DNA of 61,211 bases. Origin: an uncultured Candidatus Bathyarchaeia archaeon. GTDB taxonomy: Archaea > Thermoproteota > Bathyarchaeia > Bathyarchaeales > DTEX01. Within the stretch, counting starts at the first letter, position 1, and the number at the start of each line of letters is the position of its first letter. The notes beneath the pieces are model-generated. The model ran no database searches. It had not been told where the DNA came from and saw only the letters and a list, made by a program, of their open reading frames with translations. This document shows, one piece after another, positions 45,855 through 55,657 of this stretch. The stretch spans positions 5,412 through 66,622 of the forward strand of contig CAZRIK010000001.1 in NCBI GenBank assembly GCA_964600125.1, written 5' to 3'. A program made the position numbers and the translations under genes.

Positions 45855-47561
45855 TTAGTAAGTCTGAATTGTAAAGTTACGAACAGCAGCAGCGTCACGA
45901 GGAGCACGCATCAACATTTCGCCCATAACAGTATTATAGGACTCAACTGCATTGATACGACGGTTCATCGTGTTGTGCAGAGCCAAGAATTCTTTTCCAG
46001 CGTCTGTCGCAACAGGGTCAATAGTACCGCCGTGCATTTCAATACTGCCTTTAGGCAAGCAGAATACTCGGTCGCCACGCATGAATGTTTCCATTTCCAT
46101 CTGGTAATTCTTGCCGCCCATCTTAACGATTTTAGCGCCATCTTCACCACGAATACCCTTGCCTTCTGTGATCCGGCGATCCATTTCAGACAGGGAGATT
46201 AGGGACGAATAAACCATTGGGTTCATCATACAAACATTCCAATCGGCAGCCATTGCACGATTACGGTTGAAATGCTCAGAGATTAGGGCAAAGAACGTGT
46301 TGAACGTCAAAGGACGACCTTGGTTGTCTTTGATCGTTGGTAAGTATTGCTGAACTGCAGAACGAGGAATGCCGTGAACGGTATTCGTGTTGTTCATCAA
46401 CAAAGTTTCAACACCAGTCATCAAGTAAGGGTTCAACATGGATACGTCAGTTGCGCCTGTCCAGTTTAAGCCTAACAACATTTGACCGATTTGGTCACCA
46501 GTTTTTGCAACAGCATTGTATGCGGAGAAGTCTTGGTTTCCGATTGCCCAAGAGGTAGATCCACTTGGTAAATACAGAGGGTGTACCAAATAACAAGCAG
46601 TTGTCTTTGCAGTAGGTGCAAATACAGCGTTGAAACCATTGCTCAAAGTAGCAGCAGAAGCAGCAGCTTCGTAGCTATTTGTGAAGCCTTGGAAAGGAGA
46701 TACGGTAGAAGCAGTTACGTTCGCAACTGAACCAACCCAGTATCCTTGCTGTACATATGCCCCAGGAGTCGTTGCACCAGCAGTGTATACACGGCCAGGG
46801 AATACATAAACTGCATTCTCTTCTTGTGCTACTTTTACTACGCGGAATGCGTCATATTTAACAGCAGGTAAAACGCCGTCATTGAAATTCAACACTAATA
46901 AACGAGGTTTACAAGTGGTTTCAGACAGGTCATAAGAACCGTTATTGTCGTCGTCATAAGATGCGAAAAAGAACGATACCATCGATCCTTCCATCAAATG
47001 AGCAGCGGAACCGATAGCTGTGTCCAAGTTGGATAACTTGATCTTCATTGGAGATAAGTTAGCCTGTGTGAAGGAAGCACCAGTTGCAGTATCAGCAGCG
47101 CCTAATCCAACAGGAGTAGCAAAGCGGCCAGTACCATCACCTAATTGCTGCAAATTCATGAACGATTTTGCAAAAGAGGTTTTTTGTTCGAATTCTTGCT
47201 TAACAGAATTGATGTACGCCTTAGCAGACGAGTTCGTCAATTTGTTCAGGAAGCGTTCATAATAAACTGTGAAAGCCTGATATTTAGGAACTGCCCGACC
47301 TTGGATTCCAAAGGTAGGATCGTTAGGGGCAAACATGCCGCCATTCAAGTCAATACCCGAAAAAGCTCCACCACCGGCATCAACTGTCAAGTGATAGGTA
47401 ACTTCTTTTCCACCTTGCCATTCGGCTTTCTTCGTGATGGCGTCTAAACCATTCACTTCTTTCCACAAGGTTTTAGAGCCGTTTTCTTGTACAAATTTAA
47501 GCAAATCTGACAAGGTAAATTGGGCATTAGAGAACTGTGCATTCTGCGGTGCTGCTGGCAT
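45855..47561 (-). CDS. Major capsid protein (568 aa), putative
   Basis: Follows portal and scaffold in canonical order. Strong TAGGAGG RBS and a strong terminator directly downstream. No motif-level proof. Confidence 0.65.
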   Translation of the reverse strand: MPAAPQNAQFSNAQFTLSDLLKFVQENGSKTLWKEVNGLDAITKKAEWQGGKEVTYHLTVDAGGGAFSGIDLNGGMFAPNDPTFGIQGRAVPKYQAFTVYYERFLNKLTNSSAKAYINSVKQEFEQKTSFAKSFMNLQQLGDGTGRFATPVGLGAADTATGASFTQANLSPMKIKLSNLDTAIGSAAHLMEGSMVSFFFASYDDDNNGSYDLSETTCKPRLLVLNFNDGVLPAVKYDAFRVVKVAQEENAVYVFPGRVYTAGATTPGAYVQQGYWVGSVANVTASTVSPFQGFTNSYEAAASAATLSNGFNAVFAPTAKTTACYLVHPLYLPSGSTSWAIGNQDFSAYNAVAKTGDQIGQMLLGLNWTGATDVSMLNPYLMTGVETLLMNNTNTVHGIPRSAVQQYLPTIKDNQGRPLTFNTFFALISEHFNRNRAMAADWNVCMMNPMVYSSLISLSEMDRRITEGKGIRGEDGAKIVKMGGKNYQMEMETFMRGDRVFCLPKGSIEMHGGTIDPVATDAGKEFLALHNTMNRRINAVESYNTVMGEMLMRAPRDAAAVRNFTIQTY

Positions 47562-47576
47562 GTGTGCCTCCTATAA

Positions 47577-48713
47577 TCAGCGAGAAAGTTTCAATGAACC
47601 GTTTTCCACCATATCTCCAAAGAAATCGAACATTCCTGCCGTATCTCCAGATTTCGTAAGTTCTTGTAACCGATTATTTCTCGCAGATGGCTGTACAACT
47701 CTGCCTGCCGATGATTGCAATTTAGAAAGAGATTGTTGTCTCTTTGCGTCAGTTGCTTTCCCTATTTCTTGCCTTACTTGGTTGGGAGTTGCCCTACCTA
47801 ATACAGGCTTAATCTGTGTATGTAACATTCGTGACAAATCTTCAAAAGTAACATCATCCCCATTATCCATGATTTGTCTAGACTTTGCAACGACGTATTT
47901 GATCTGTTCATCAACCCAACCTTTGTATTCGGCAGGTAGCTTGGCAGAGTATTTACTGAACTCACTATTTGCCCAAGAAGAAAGTTGTTGCTGTTCGGAT
48001 TTTAATCGAACCTCTTCTTGTTGCTGCATAAGGCGTTCGTGACGTTGAATGTCCATTTGTTTTTCTTGACGGATACGTTGCGCATCACGAAGAATACGAT
48101 CACGTTCACGGTCAACTTTTGACTTGCGTAAATTGTCAGCCTGCACAAGAAGCCAATCAGCGAATTTTTCTTCCTGTTCCTCAGTCAAATCCTCGACTAG
48201 ATTGTCCATAAATTTGATGGGGTCTTTTTCTGTGAGCTGGTCAATTTGGTCAAGTAACTCTGCTTTTTCTTTGTATGTACTCAGTTCAGCAGACATTTTC
48301 TTGTGTTCTTTGTATAGGTCTTGAGCAGCAATTGCCTTGGAGATCATCTTGTCTAGTTGTGCTTTGTCTTGGATATCAAGCACAATATTTTTCTCTCCAA
48401 CCAAACCTTCAAACTGATATAGAGGCAAATCCTCATCATCATCACTGTCGGTGTTGCTGCCTAATTCCTTCACACCTTTTACGTCATTTTCCTGCTGTTT
48501 CGCCACATCATTTCCAATGGGGCTATTTATACTATTCACAAGGTCGTGCATATCTACAGAGGGTGAACTGTCATTATCCTGTGGCGCTGAGAAAAACTGC
48601 TCAGCCTGACTAAATAAATCAGCAACTCCCATAACACCTTCAGATTGTCCTGGCATTGTGTTGGTTACTGGTGCGGATTCTACTACGGGTGCGGGTGCAA
48701 CTACATCTGGCAT
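47577..48713 (-). CDS. Scaffolding protein, putative (378 aa)
   Basis: Between portal and capsid genes. Highly charged with long coiled-coil-like segments (QEKQMDIQRHERLMQQQEEVRLKSEQQQ). Confidence 0.6.
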   Translation of the reverse strand: MPDVVAPAPVVESAPVTNTMPGQSEGVMGVADLFSQAEQFFSAPQDNDSSPSVDMHDLVNSINSPIGNDVAKQQENDVKGVKELGSNTDSDDDEDLPLYQFEGLVGEKNIVLDIQDKAQLDKMISKAIAAQDLYKEHKKMSAELSTYKEKAELLDQIDQLTEKDPIKFMDNLVEDLTEEQEEKFADWLLVQADNLRKSKVDRERDRILRDAQRIRQEKQMDIQRHERLMQQQEEVRLKSEQQQLSSWANSEFSKYSAKLPAEYKGWVDEQIKYVVAKSRQIMDNGDDVTFEDLSRMLHTQIKPVLGRATPNQVRQEIGKATDAKRQQSLSKLQSSAGRVVQPSARNNRLQELTKSGDTAGMFDFFGDMVENGSLKLSR

Positions 48714-48753
48714 ATCTATTTCTCCTGTGTGAAAAAACCAATTTCAAAACAAC

Positions 48754-50727
48754 TTATACTACGGGGCCACTTGAAGGATTGACTGGAGGAGGTTGTGCTG
48801 GCCCTCCGCCTGAAGGAACAGGAGGATTAGATTCTCCCCCTCCTGTTGGTGGTTGAGTAGGTGCTCCAGTTTGTTGAGCATCTGCCTGTAATTTTGCAAG
48901 TACTTGAGTATGAGCTTTTTTATGGGCGTCAATTTTTTGTTTGAGTTCGGGTTCAAGATTTTCAAAGAACTCTGTCTGTTGGAACTCTTGGATGGACTCA
49001 ATATGGGAGAGGTGTTCGTGCCAATCTTCCACAGGTATATCTTGTCCATCTATCATACGGGTAGTCTCGTTATCCTGTACGATTTTCGCCTTCTCAAAGT
49101 GGTCACGAATGTCAATCATGTCGCCATCCACAAGGATAGATACAAGCTTGCGCATATTACCACCAGCTTTTTCAAAGATACCAGACTTGACTAGCTCAAG
49201 AATTTGTTGCTTACGAGCAGCAGGGTCAGCAGGTAAATACATTCCATAATCCACAAATATTCCATAATCACCTTCGAGTTCTAGTGAAGAGAAATACTGT
49301 TCACTGGCAAGGTTTTCTTGACCAACAATCTTTAACTTTCTCTTTTCCACGACGAACTGTTTTGTGATGGATAGGATTTTCTCGTACATACCTTTGATGA
49401 GTTTTTTCTTTTTATTGAAAAGGCGTATACGGAATTTATCGTCAGTTTCGATAGACATCTGCACAGCATATGAGGAAAGTTCACGAGGGATTTGACCTTG
49501 GGAAAACTCACTCATACCGTATAGACGCTCAATGTTGCTATTCCAATAGTCTCGCAATCTCCAGATGTCTGAAGTTACGGGTGATGGTCGTAGGTAGTCT
49601 GGTTTGCCATTCGTAGCAGCGTTGAAAAAGATCACATCTTTAGGATTGTTGGTGGATTTGTCAGAAAGCCCACCTTCAGGCAACAGGAGCTTGAGTGACC
49701 CATGGAGTTCTACGTTCTGCATGACCAAACTATAAAGTGTGTTGCAACAATCCTGCAATGGAGCTGCGTATATATTACGGCTCATACCGTATGCGTTTCT
49801 TTGCACATCGATATCTGTAATCACATCATAGGGAAGTTCGCCATGATTGTAGGGGTTTTTCTCACGCTTCAATAGTTTTGGTTGTTTCTTGTCGATAAAT
49901 ACAACGTGAGAGCCAAGCATCGCATTCCAAGGACGAGCACGTTCCCAATAGTGGTACAACACAACATCTCGTACATTTTCTTCTGTAATTGCAGGGTCGA
50001 TTTCTTTTACGATGTTCAGACAATCTTCTGTTTTCATCCAATCACGAATGGCTTCTTCATGTTCTGGGAAGCTTAATATCGCCTGTTTGAAAGGTAGAAT
50101 TACTTCTTCCACGCAATCATCAGCTTCATAAAAAGACGTTGCAGAAGGATTGATGAGAAAACGCCTAGGATCAACAGAGCGAACGTCGTAATCTCCCTGC
50201 ATTGTGAATTCGTCACGGTCGGGATCAAAATCTTTAGGTACGTCCAAAACCTCTCCAGCATTACTGTCCCATCCTGTATATACGACGCCAGTCCCACAAA
50301 CAACCACATCTAAGTATGGGCCGCTTTCTAGTTTTTCCTGCATGTCTGTATGATTACGGACATGAAGAATCACGTTCTCTGCGTATCTAGCACCATTTTT
50401 ACTGGCCACATCATTTGAGTATGTACGTGCAGTAACTACAGGGTCAGAGATACAAAGCTTAGAATGAAGGAATAAGTTTGCACGAATTAACTCAATACAA
50501 TCTATACGCACATCATCATCTGTTGAGGCTTTTGGGCCAGACAGGAGATAAGAGAGTGCACCTACGTCCAGTGCAGTCCCTTTCAAGGAATTTTGCACTC
50601 CCTGATAGATGTCTCTACTAGCGTCAAACTCCACCTTTAATCGGTGCATCATTTTTGCGCCAGAGTCCATAAATGATTTTAAATTGTGGGCCATCTCACC
50701 ATCAGTGAGTGTGCGTACTTTTGCCAC
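48754..50727 (-). CDS. Portal protein, putative (657 aa)
   Basis: Size and position directly after the terminase gene. GTG start with a GAGGTAA RBS. Pro/Gly-rich C-terminal tail. Confidence 0.65.
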   Translation of the reverse strand: MAKVRTLTDGEMAHNLKSFMDSGAKMMHRLKVEFDASRDIYQGVQNSLKGTALDVGALSYLLSGPKASTDDDVRIDCIELIRANLFLHSKLCISDPVVTARTYSNDVASKNGARYAENVILHVRNHTDMQEKLESGPYLDVVVCGTGVVYTGWDSNAGEVLDVPKDFDPDRDEFTMQGDYDVRSVDPRRFLINPSATSFYEADDCVEEVILPFKQAILSFPEHEEAIRDWMKTEDCLNIVKEIDPAITEENVRDVVLYHYWERARPWNAMLGSHVVFIDKKQPKLLKREKNPYNHGELPYDVITDIDVQRNAYGMSRNIYAAPLQDCCNTLYSLVMQNVELHGSLKLLLPEGGLSDKSTNNPKDVIFFNAATNGKPDYLRPSPVTSDIWRLRDYWNSNIERLYGMSEFSQGQIPRELSSYAVQMSIETDDKFRIRLFNKKKKLIKGMYEKILSITKQFVVEKRKLKIVGQENLASEQYFSSLELEGDYGIFVDYGMYLPADPAARKQQILELVKSGIFEKAGGNMRKLVSILVDGDMIDIRDHFEKAKIVQDNETTRMIDGQDIPVEDWHEHLSHIESIQEFQQTEFFENLEPELKQKIDAHKKAHTQVLAKLQADAQQTGAPTQPPTGGGESNPPVPSGGGPAQPPPVNPSSGPVV

Positions 50728-50732
50728 GATAA

Positions 50733-50939
50733 TTACCTCGCTTGGCGTGTAGATACTCTAAATTTAGTTGCTTGCTGCAATATGCCTAAATGCTGTTCGT
50801 ATTCTGCTAACACTTTTGCAAGGGTGTCAACCTTTACTTCGAGACTCTTTATTTCCCTGTTTTGTCTAAGCATAACTACAGTAAAATATGCAGTCACTAG
50901 AACAAACAACAGGAGGATAACTATTTCAAAATTCGTCAT
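50733..50939 (-). CDS. Small membrane/coiled-coil protein (68 aa)
   Basis: N-terminal TM helix IVILLLFVLVTAYFTVVML. Start overlaps the TerL stop by 1 nt. Confidence 0.55.
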   Translation of the reverse strand: MTNFEIVILLLFVLVTAYFTVVMLRQNREIKSLEVKVDTLAKVLAEYEQHLGILQQATKFRVSTRQAR

Positions 50940-52453
50940 TATCTCGATCCCCTTGAGCGGAGTGAAGCCAACGATCCAGACCTACTGAATCGAGGTATAT
51001 TTCTTGAAGAGTCGTTCTGACTGATTCTATTCGCATCTTCTTGCTTTTTCAAATGGTTTGCCCACAGCTCGTGCTTTTCTGTCCAATTTATATTGTGAAA
51101 TTTCTTTGAGACAGGAGAAGGAATCTCCCTACTAAAATACATTACACAGTCAAGAACGTGGTCATTTACTTTATTGATTGTGCCGTTGTCTTTGTAGTGG
51201 TATTCGCCAAATTGTTTAATTGCCAGTGCTGCACCTTTTGCGAAAAACTTCAGGCGGCCTTCTGCAATGACAGTACGTAACCCCATCTGGGCCTGTTCAC
51301 GATTCTTTAAAATACAAGGAGTAAAACCTACAGCGGCTGCGTAGGCTCCGAACCATGCTTCGTGGTTATCGTATCGGGACAAGGCGTACACGAATTCTGG
51401 ATAGGGTTTATACTTTTCAATCTCATCCACAATCGTTTCAGCCTTTGCACGTTGGTCTTTCCACTCAAGCTCCACGCCCTTATGACAATACCAAACACCG
51501 CTGTCAGGATCTTCTGCAAATAAAGCAAGACCAGTAACCCTAGCAGCAGGGTCTGTAAAACGTACCTGCCTCCAGTACGGAGGAATAGGAAAGTCAGGTA
51601 CAACATCAAGATCAAGACCAGCAAACACTCGCCCGTGAGCGTGTTCACGATACCATTCTCCTGTTTCACGAGATTCCCTTTCTCCTTTTGGAAGGTGTTT
51701 CCACGCATCCAAGGCACGTTGAAGTCGTTCTGGCTCATCTCTAAAGTGTGGATTATCCCGCAGTGACCACTGGAAGACAATGACTTTTTTGTTTTCTTCG
51801 ATGAATTTTTCAATCTCTTCTACGGGATTTAGTGGCGTAAATCCAAGGGACACTTCACCATCTAGGTCAAGAGTACGAGTGATGATTTCGCCAATTAACT
51901 TCACGTTTCTAGGCATTTCATCAAGCGTAACGTGGTGAATTGCCTTACCCATAAGAGAGGTGAGGTTCTGGTCGTATGATTTGAATTTTAGTTGGTCGCC
52001 ATTACGAAAGGTAACTGTGTCAATATTTCCCTGATTGGTTTTGTCAATCATGGGTTTGTTTAGTATGGGGTCAGTGTAGTACCATTCTGGAATGAACTTA
52101 CTGAGATATTTGTCCCACATAACCTCATTACAAAAGGTATAGTCAGGCCCAATTCCCCAGAACTCTTTTGGCTTCGAGGAGTCGTAATGCTCTTTCCACT
52201 TCTTGTTGTATGGGTGGTTTCGCATGAGCTTCCATGCAAGATCACGCATGGTGGAGAATGTTTTACCTGCACGGTTTCCACAACGAGCCATCTTAATGAA
52301 AGCGTCACATTTGAAAAATGCAAGCTGCTGGACAAAAGGTGTTTTTGTGGGTTCGCCTGGAATGAACTGGTCTTTATTTCTGTCGCGGTGGTATATACGC
52401 TGACGTTCTAATTCATCAAGCAAACTTAGCTTGAGTCCTATATCATCACTCAT
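50939..52453 (-). CDS. terL: Terminase large subunit
   Basis: Walker A CGNRAGKTFS, Walker B IHHVTLDEMP, and a C-terminal nuclease-like region with conserved Asp residues (FAEDPDSG, NDHVLDC). GACAGGGGAATTAG RBS. Confidence 0.85.
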   Translation of the reverse strand: MSDDIGLKLSLLDELERQRIYHRDRNKDQFIPGEPTKTPFVQQLAFFKCDAFIKMARCGNRAGKTFSTMRDLAWKLMRNHPYNKKWKEHYDSSKPKEFWGIGPDYTFCNEVMWDKYLSKFIPEWYYTDPILNKPMIDKTNQGNIDTVTFRNGDQLKFKSYDQNLTSLMGKAIHHVTLDEMPRNVKLIGEIITRTLDLDGEVSLGFTPLNPVEEIEKFIEENKKVIVFQWSLRDNPHFRDEPERLQRALDAWKHLPKGERESRETGEWYREHAHGRVFAGLDLDVVPDFPIPPYWRQVRFTDPAARVTGLALFAEDPDSGVWYCHKGVELEWKDQRAKAETIVDEIEKYKPYPEFVYALSRYDNHEAWFGAYAAAVGFTPCILKNREQAQMGLRTVIAEGRLKFFAKGAALAIKQFGEYHYKDNGTINKVNDHVLDCVMYFSREIPSPVSKKFHNINWTEKHELWANHLKKQEDANRISQNDSSRNIPRFSRSGSLASLRSRGSR

Positions 52454-52467
52454 CTAATTCCCCTGTC

Positions 52468-53133
52468 TTATTCAGCTAGGAGGTTGAATTTCTTTAGCGT
52501 GTCTCGGCTGATAGTATCAAAGCCTTCTTTATTTGACGAGTTTAGTTTCTTTAAAAGTTGACTGAGCTTGGATTTGCTCATCGTGGATGCAAGTTCACCC
52601 TTCTCTGAAACAAACGAAGTCTTACCTCCAGGCACTTTTGCTGTGCGTAATCCGATGGACAACTTACCACCAGTAGAAGGATTTACCTTGTCTAATACTT
52701 CGTCTCGAACAGTCTTGCTCATTTTGGATACACGTTCTGGAGTAACTTTACCTTCCAACAAATCCCTTGAGATTGCTTTTGAAACAGGAGGAATAGAGGT
52801 AGCTACTTTGCTGGCCACAGATTTACCAGCAGAACGACCCAGCAACTTAGCAATACCCAAGCCAAGACCGCCTGTGCCGAGATCCATAAGAGTGTCAGAA
52901 ACAATATCACCTTCAATGACACCATCATCTTTTTTGGACATCTTCTCTTTATGTAATTCACTTAACATTCCTGTTGCGTCTTTGCCTGGCTCTGTATACT
53001 CAATCTTTTTCTCTACGACTTTCTTAGGTGCAATCACTTTTTTCTTCTCAGGTTTATTGCTGAGAGGTGCAAGCAAATTGTCCAACTCTTCTAAGTCGTA
53101 ATACTTACCACCAATGGAGATGCCGTTTGCCAT
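52468..53133 (-). CDS. Hypothetical protein (221 aa); possible small terminase from position only
   Basis: Immediately upstream of terL. Lys-rich and flexible. No motif. Confidence 0.4.
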   Translation of the reverse strand: MANGISIGGKYYDLEELDNLLAPLSNKPEKKKVIAPKKVVEKKIEYTEPGKDATGMLSELHKEKMSKKDDGVIEGDIVSDTLMDLGTGGLGLGIAKLLGRSAGKSVASKVATSIPPVSKAISRDLLEGKVTPERVSKMSKTVRDEVLDKVNPSTGGKLSIGLRTAKVPGGKTSFVSEKGELASTMSKSKLSQLLKKLNSSNKEGFDTISRDTLKKFNLLAE

Positions 53134-53135
53134 GA

Positions 53136-53435
53136 CTATTTTCCTTTTTTAAATCTGTCAGAAAACTTCTTTGCACGTTTCGTATTACTCTCTGCCGTAT
53201 TTTCTGCACGAGATCCCCAATCAGCAGCCCCACCATTTTTTTCAAAATGAGAACCACTGCGTTTGTGCATGGCAACAGTATCTACACCAGGGTCTTTACC
53301 TAGCTTCTCCATAAGTGCTTCACGGGCTTTGGATACGACTTTTCCGTATCCGTCCTTACCTTTGGCAATTTTGGATCTCACCATACCGTAAGCAACGTTA
53401 CCGCCTCGACCTGTAGTACTCTCACGAATAGCCAT
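53136..53435 (-). CDS. Basic hypothetical protein (99 aa)
   Basis: Lys/Gly-rich ORF in the operon. Confidence 0.55.
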   Translation of the reverse strand: MAIRESTTGRGGNVAYGMVRSKIAKGKDGYGKVVSKAREALMEKLGKDPGVDTVAMHKRSGSHFEKNGGAADWGSRAENTAESNTKRAKKFSDRFKKGK

Positions 53436-53565
53436 AACTCACCCGCAATTCTTTAACTGTAATCTGCGAGACAGGGGAATAAATGCTCCCTTGGATTCTT
53501 TTTTCTCGTCTTTATTTAAGTGAGAGATAAGCTTATTTTCCAGCTTCTTACTCATCTTTTTAGGT

Positions 53566-53769
53566 TCAGTTTTTTTCATGGGGATTCTCGCATTTAGCGT
53601 CGATACATGGCCTACCACTTACAAGCTTTTCAAGGCTAGCTAAGCGAACACTATGCTCCACGTTGTTCAAAGATAGGTGCTTTATTTCGGTACGTATGCC
53701 TCTCAGCTCGACCCAAATAAGACCTGCCATACCTCCAATTAACCAAGTCAATAGCTGTTCACTCATCAC
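53566..53769 (-). CDS. Small membrane protein (67 aa), holin-like candidate
   Basis: GAGGTGA RBS. One N-terminal TM helix LLTWLIGGMAGLIWV. Close to the endolysin gene. Confidence 0.45.
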   Translation of the reverse strand: MMSEQLLTWLIGGMAGLIWVELRGIRTEIKHLSLNNVEHSVRLASLEKLVSGRPCIDAKCENPHEKN

Positions 53770-53781
53770 AATTCACCTCAA

Positions 53782-54132
53782 TTAGCGAGGGCCACCTAAG
53801 CGGCCTCTACTTAGTTTTTGATAAGCTTCTTCAGCTTTTACTCTTGGATCTTTTCCACCGATTACTTTTTGCTCGCCCATTCCATCACTAGAAGGTACGT
53901 TACCCAGTGGACTTGGAGTTCCCCAAAGCTTGTTGGAAAATTCTTCGTCTGTGACTCTACGAGGTATTTCATGGCCAGTTCCGTCACCAGTTTCAGAAGG
54001 AACCTCATCACCCATTGGCATACGACTTCTCATACGACCACCCATGTTGTTGAACTGACTCAACATGTGACGTGGGATTTGGAACTTGTTACCGTTTGAG
54101 TCAAAAACCATTACCATATCTGGATCAGCCAT
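53782..54132 (-). CDS. Hypothetical protein (116 aa)
   Basis: ORF between the endolysin and the holin-like gene. Confidence 0.55.
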   Translation of the reverse strand: MADPDMVMVFDSNGNKFQIPRHMLSQFNNMGGRMRSRMPMGDEVPSETGDGTGHEIPRRVTDEEFSNKLWGTPSPLGNVPSSDGMGEQKVIGGKDPRVKAEEAYQKLSRGRLGGPR

Positions 54133-54151
54133 AACCTTAACTCTCCTGTAT

Positions 54152-54766
54152 TTACAGCGGGAATAATCGTATAAATCCTACTTCTTTCATCTTACCAACG
54201 CCGCCTTTTGCACGACTGCGTCTGTATACACCTTGACCATCTCTGTCTATATTCTTACCCGAAGAAGTATTTCCTTCTACTGTGATAAGGTTTCCCTTGC
54301 TATCCACATCAACAACAATACCGCAATGACCATTAGTTGTGGGTCGGTTGGAGGAATCATAGTGTTGCCATATAACTACACATCCTTTTTCTGGAGTAGT
54401 TAGCCTTTGATTTGCCGGTGTTCCTTCCCAAACAGTCATACAATGTTCTGAAGGAAACAGGGGAAATATGTTGTATTGTGAGTCGACTTTTCCAACAATG
54501 AAGCGCATACTTTTGACGAAATACTGAACTGCTGCCATGCACCACGCCTCACCATCAGCGCTACCATCAACAGCTTTTTGGAAATAATTAACCAACTGTC
54601 CTTGATTATTACCGCCTTGTTCTTGTGCTCCAACCCAACGTTCAGCTTCATAGGTCAATACATCAATGGCGATTTTTCGCATATCAAGTGCAGGTGCTGC
54701 TGGTTGTGCAGGCGGTGCAACAACAACTGGCTGAGTAGCTACTGGGATTTTTTTCCAGATAAACAT
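54152..54766 (-). CDS. CHAP-domain peptidoglycan hydrolase (endolysin)
   Basis: Catalytic Cys context GEAWCMAAVQYF and His context NGHCGIVVDVD, followed by EGNTS. ATG at 54766 (the track ORF starts at TTG 54772). Confidence 0.8.
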   Translation of the reverse strand: MFIWKKIPVATQPVVVAPPAQPAAPALDMRKIAIDVLTYEAERWVGAQEQGGNNQGQLVNYFQKAVDGSADGEAWCMAAVQYFVKSMRFIVGKVDSQYNIFPLFPSEHCMTVWEGTPANQRLTTPEKGCVVIWQHYDSSNRPTTNGHCGIVVDVDSKGNLITVEGNTSSGKNIDRDGQGVYRRSRAKGGVGKMKEVGFIRLFPL

Positions 54767-55026
54767 TTCCAATTCCCCCGTGGATGACTGAATGAAGTCA
54801 AGATTTCAATATCGATACGCATTCGTCTGTAGGTTGTCCTACACAGACCCAACAATCTCGCACCTTTTGAATCAAACTGCTTGCCTTGGGCATATGCAGA
54901 AGTCAGAAGATCACGGACGGCATTTCTCATTGTCTCAACTAATGGTTCAATTTTCAATGGATCACAGTGACGTGAAATGAGTAAGGCAAGAATTTCTTCT
55001 TCTTTCTCGGTAAGGGGTCTATACAT
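54739..55026 (-). CDS. Fis/NtrC-type HTH (HTH_8-like) DNA-binding protein
   Basis: KGARLLGLCRTTYRRMRI closely resembles the Fis-family motif (A)ARLLGISRTTLYRKLK. ATG at 55026, 9 nt after GGAGAGGAG. Confidence 0.6.
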   Translation of the reverse strand: MYRPLTEKEEEILALLISRHCDPLKIEPLVETMRNAVRDLLTSAYAQGKQFDSKGARLLGLCRTTYRRMRIDIEILTSFSHPRGNWKCLSGKKSQ

Positions 55027-55151
55027 CTTGACCAACTCCTCTCCCAGAAAAAAACATACCCCACAGATAATTGTGAGGTACGCAAAGGAACTTTTTCGAT
55101 AGGCCTAGATTATGCCTGAGACAGGAGAAATAGGCTACCTTATTTCCCCTG

Positions 55152-55478
55152 TTACTTTGGGTAAGCTTGGATAGTACGATAAATCGCAATACCAGCCTTC
55201 AAACATTCCGATGCAAATCCCATCCACTCACCACCGATGGAAGGTAGCTTCGCAAGGATATGGTCTTTGATCGTTTCCAGCTCAACAGCATCAATGTCAG
55301 ACAGCTCGGTAGGGATTTGGTCGATTCCTTCGATTGCAGGCATCAGGACAGTGAACAGGGGAAATAGGTTAGGCACGTCAACCGAGTCAATCTTACCGTC
55401 CTTCAGGGAAGCTACAACAGCGCCTGAGAGGGCAAGTCCAAGGTCAATTACTTCAAGGGTCTCTTTAATCGTAGCCAT
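55152..55478 (-). CDS. Hypothetical protein (108 aa), first gene of the long minus-strand operon
   Basis: ATG at 55478 with an AGAGGTGA RBS. The track ORF extends to 55544. Confidence 0.6.
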   Translation of the reverse strand: MATIKETLEVIDLGLALSGAVVASLKDGKIDSVDVPNLFPLFTVLMPAIEGIDQIPTELSDIDAVELETIKDHILAKLPSIGGEWMGFASECLKAGIAIYRTIQAYPK

Positions 55479-55657
55479 GGCGTCACCTCTAAGAAAAAAT
55501 AATGGCGGGTATTGGCTGGCCTTATTGCTTACTTCCTTCGCCATTGGCTAGAACAGGTCGGTATGTGACGAAATGGTTGCGGAGAGTAAGAATAAGGTCA
55601 GTGTACCCATGGATATGGTTGCATAGATGGATGGGTAGTTCAAGGGTGTGGAGGAGA

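Noticed and set aside
52568-53101. Long antisense shadow ORFs inside well-supported genes (also 47434-48042, 28872-29444, 27219-27650, 26622-27101, 45822-46202)
   Set aside because: They lie entirely within longer opposite-strand genes that belong to a coupled operon. Their composition is low-complexity (Ser/Leu/Phe/Cys-rich) and they have no RBS.
53439-53555. 38-aa minus-strand ORF in the gap between 53136-53435 and 53566-53769
   Set aside because: The frame is open (MSKKLENKLISHLNKDEKKESKGAFIPLSRRLQLKNCG). However, there is no RBS, it is very short, and it contains a motif copy. The evidence is insufficient to annotate it.
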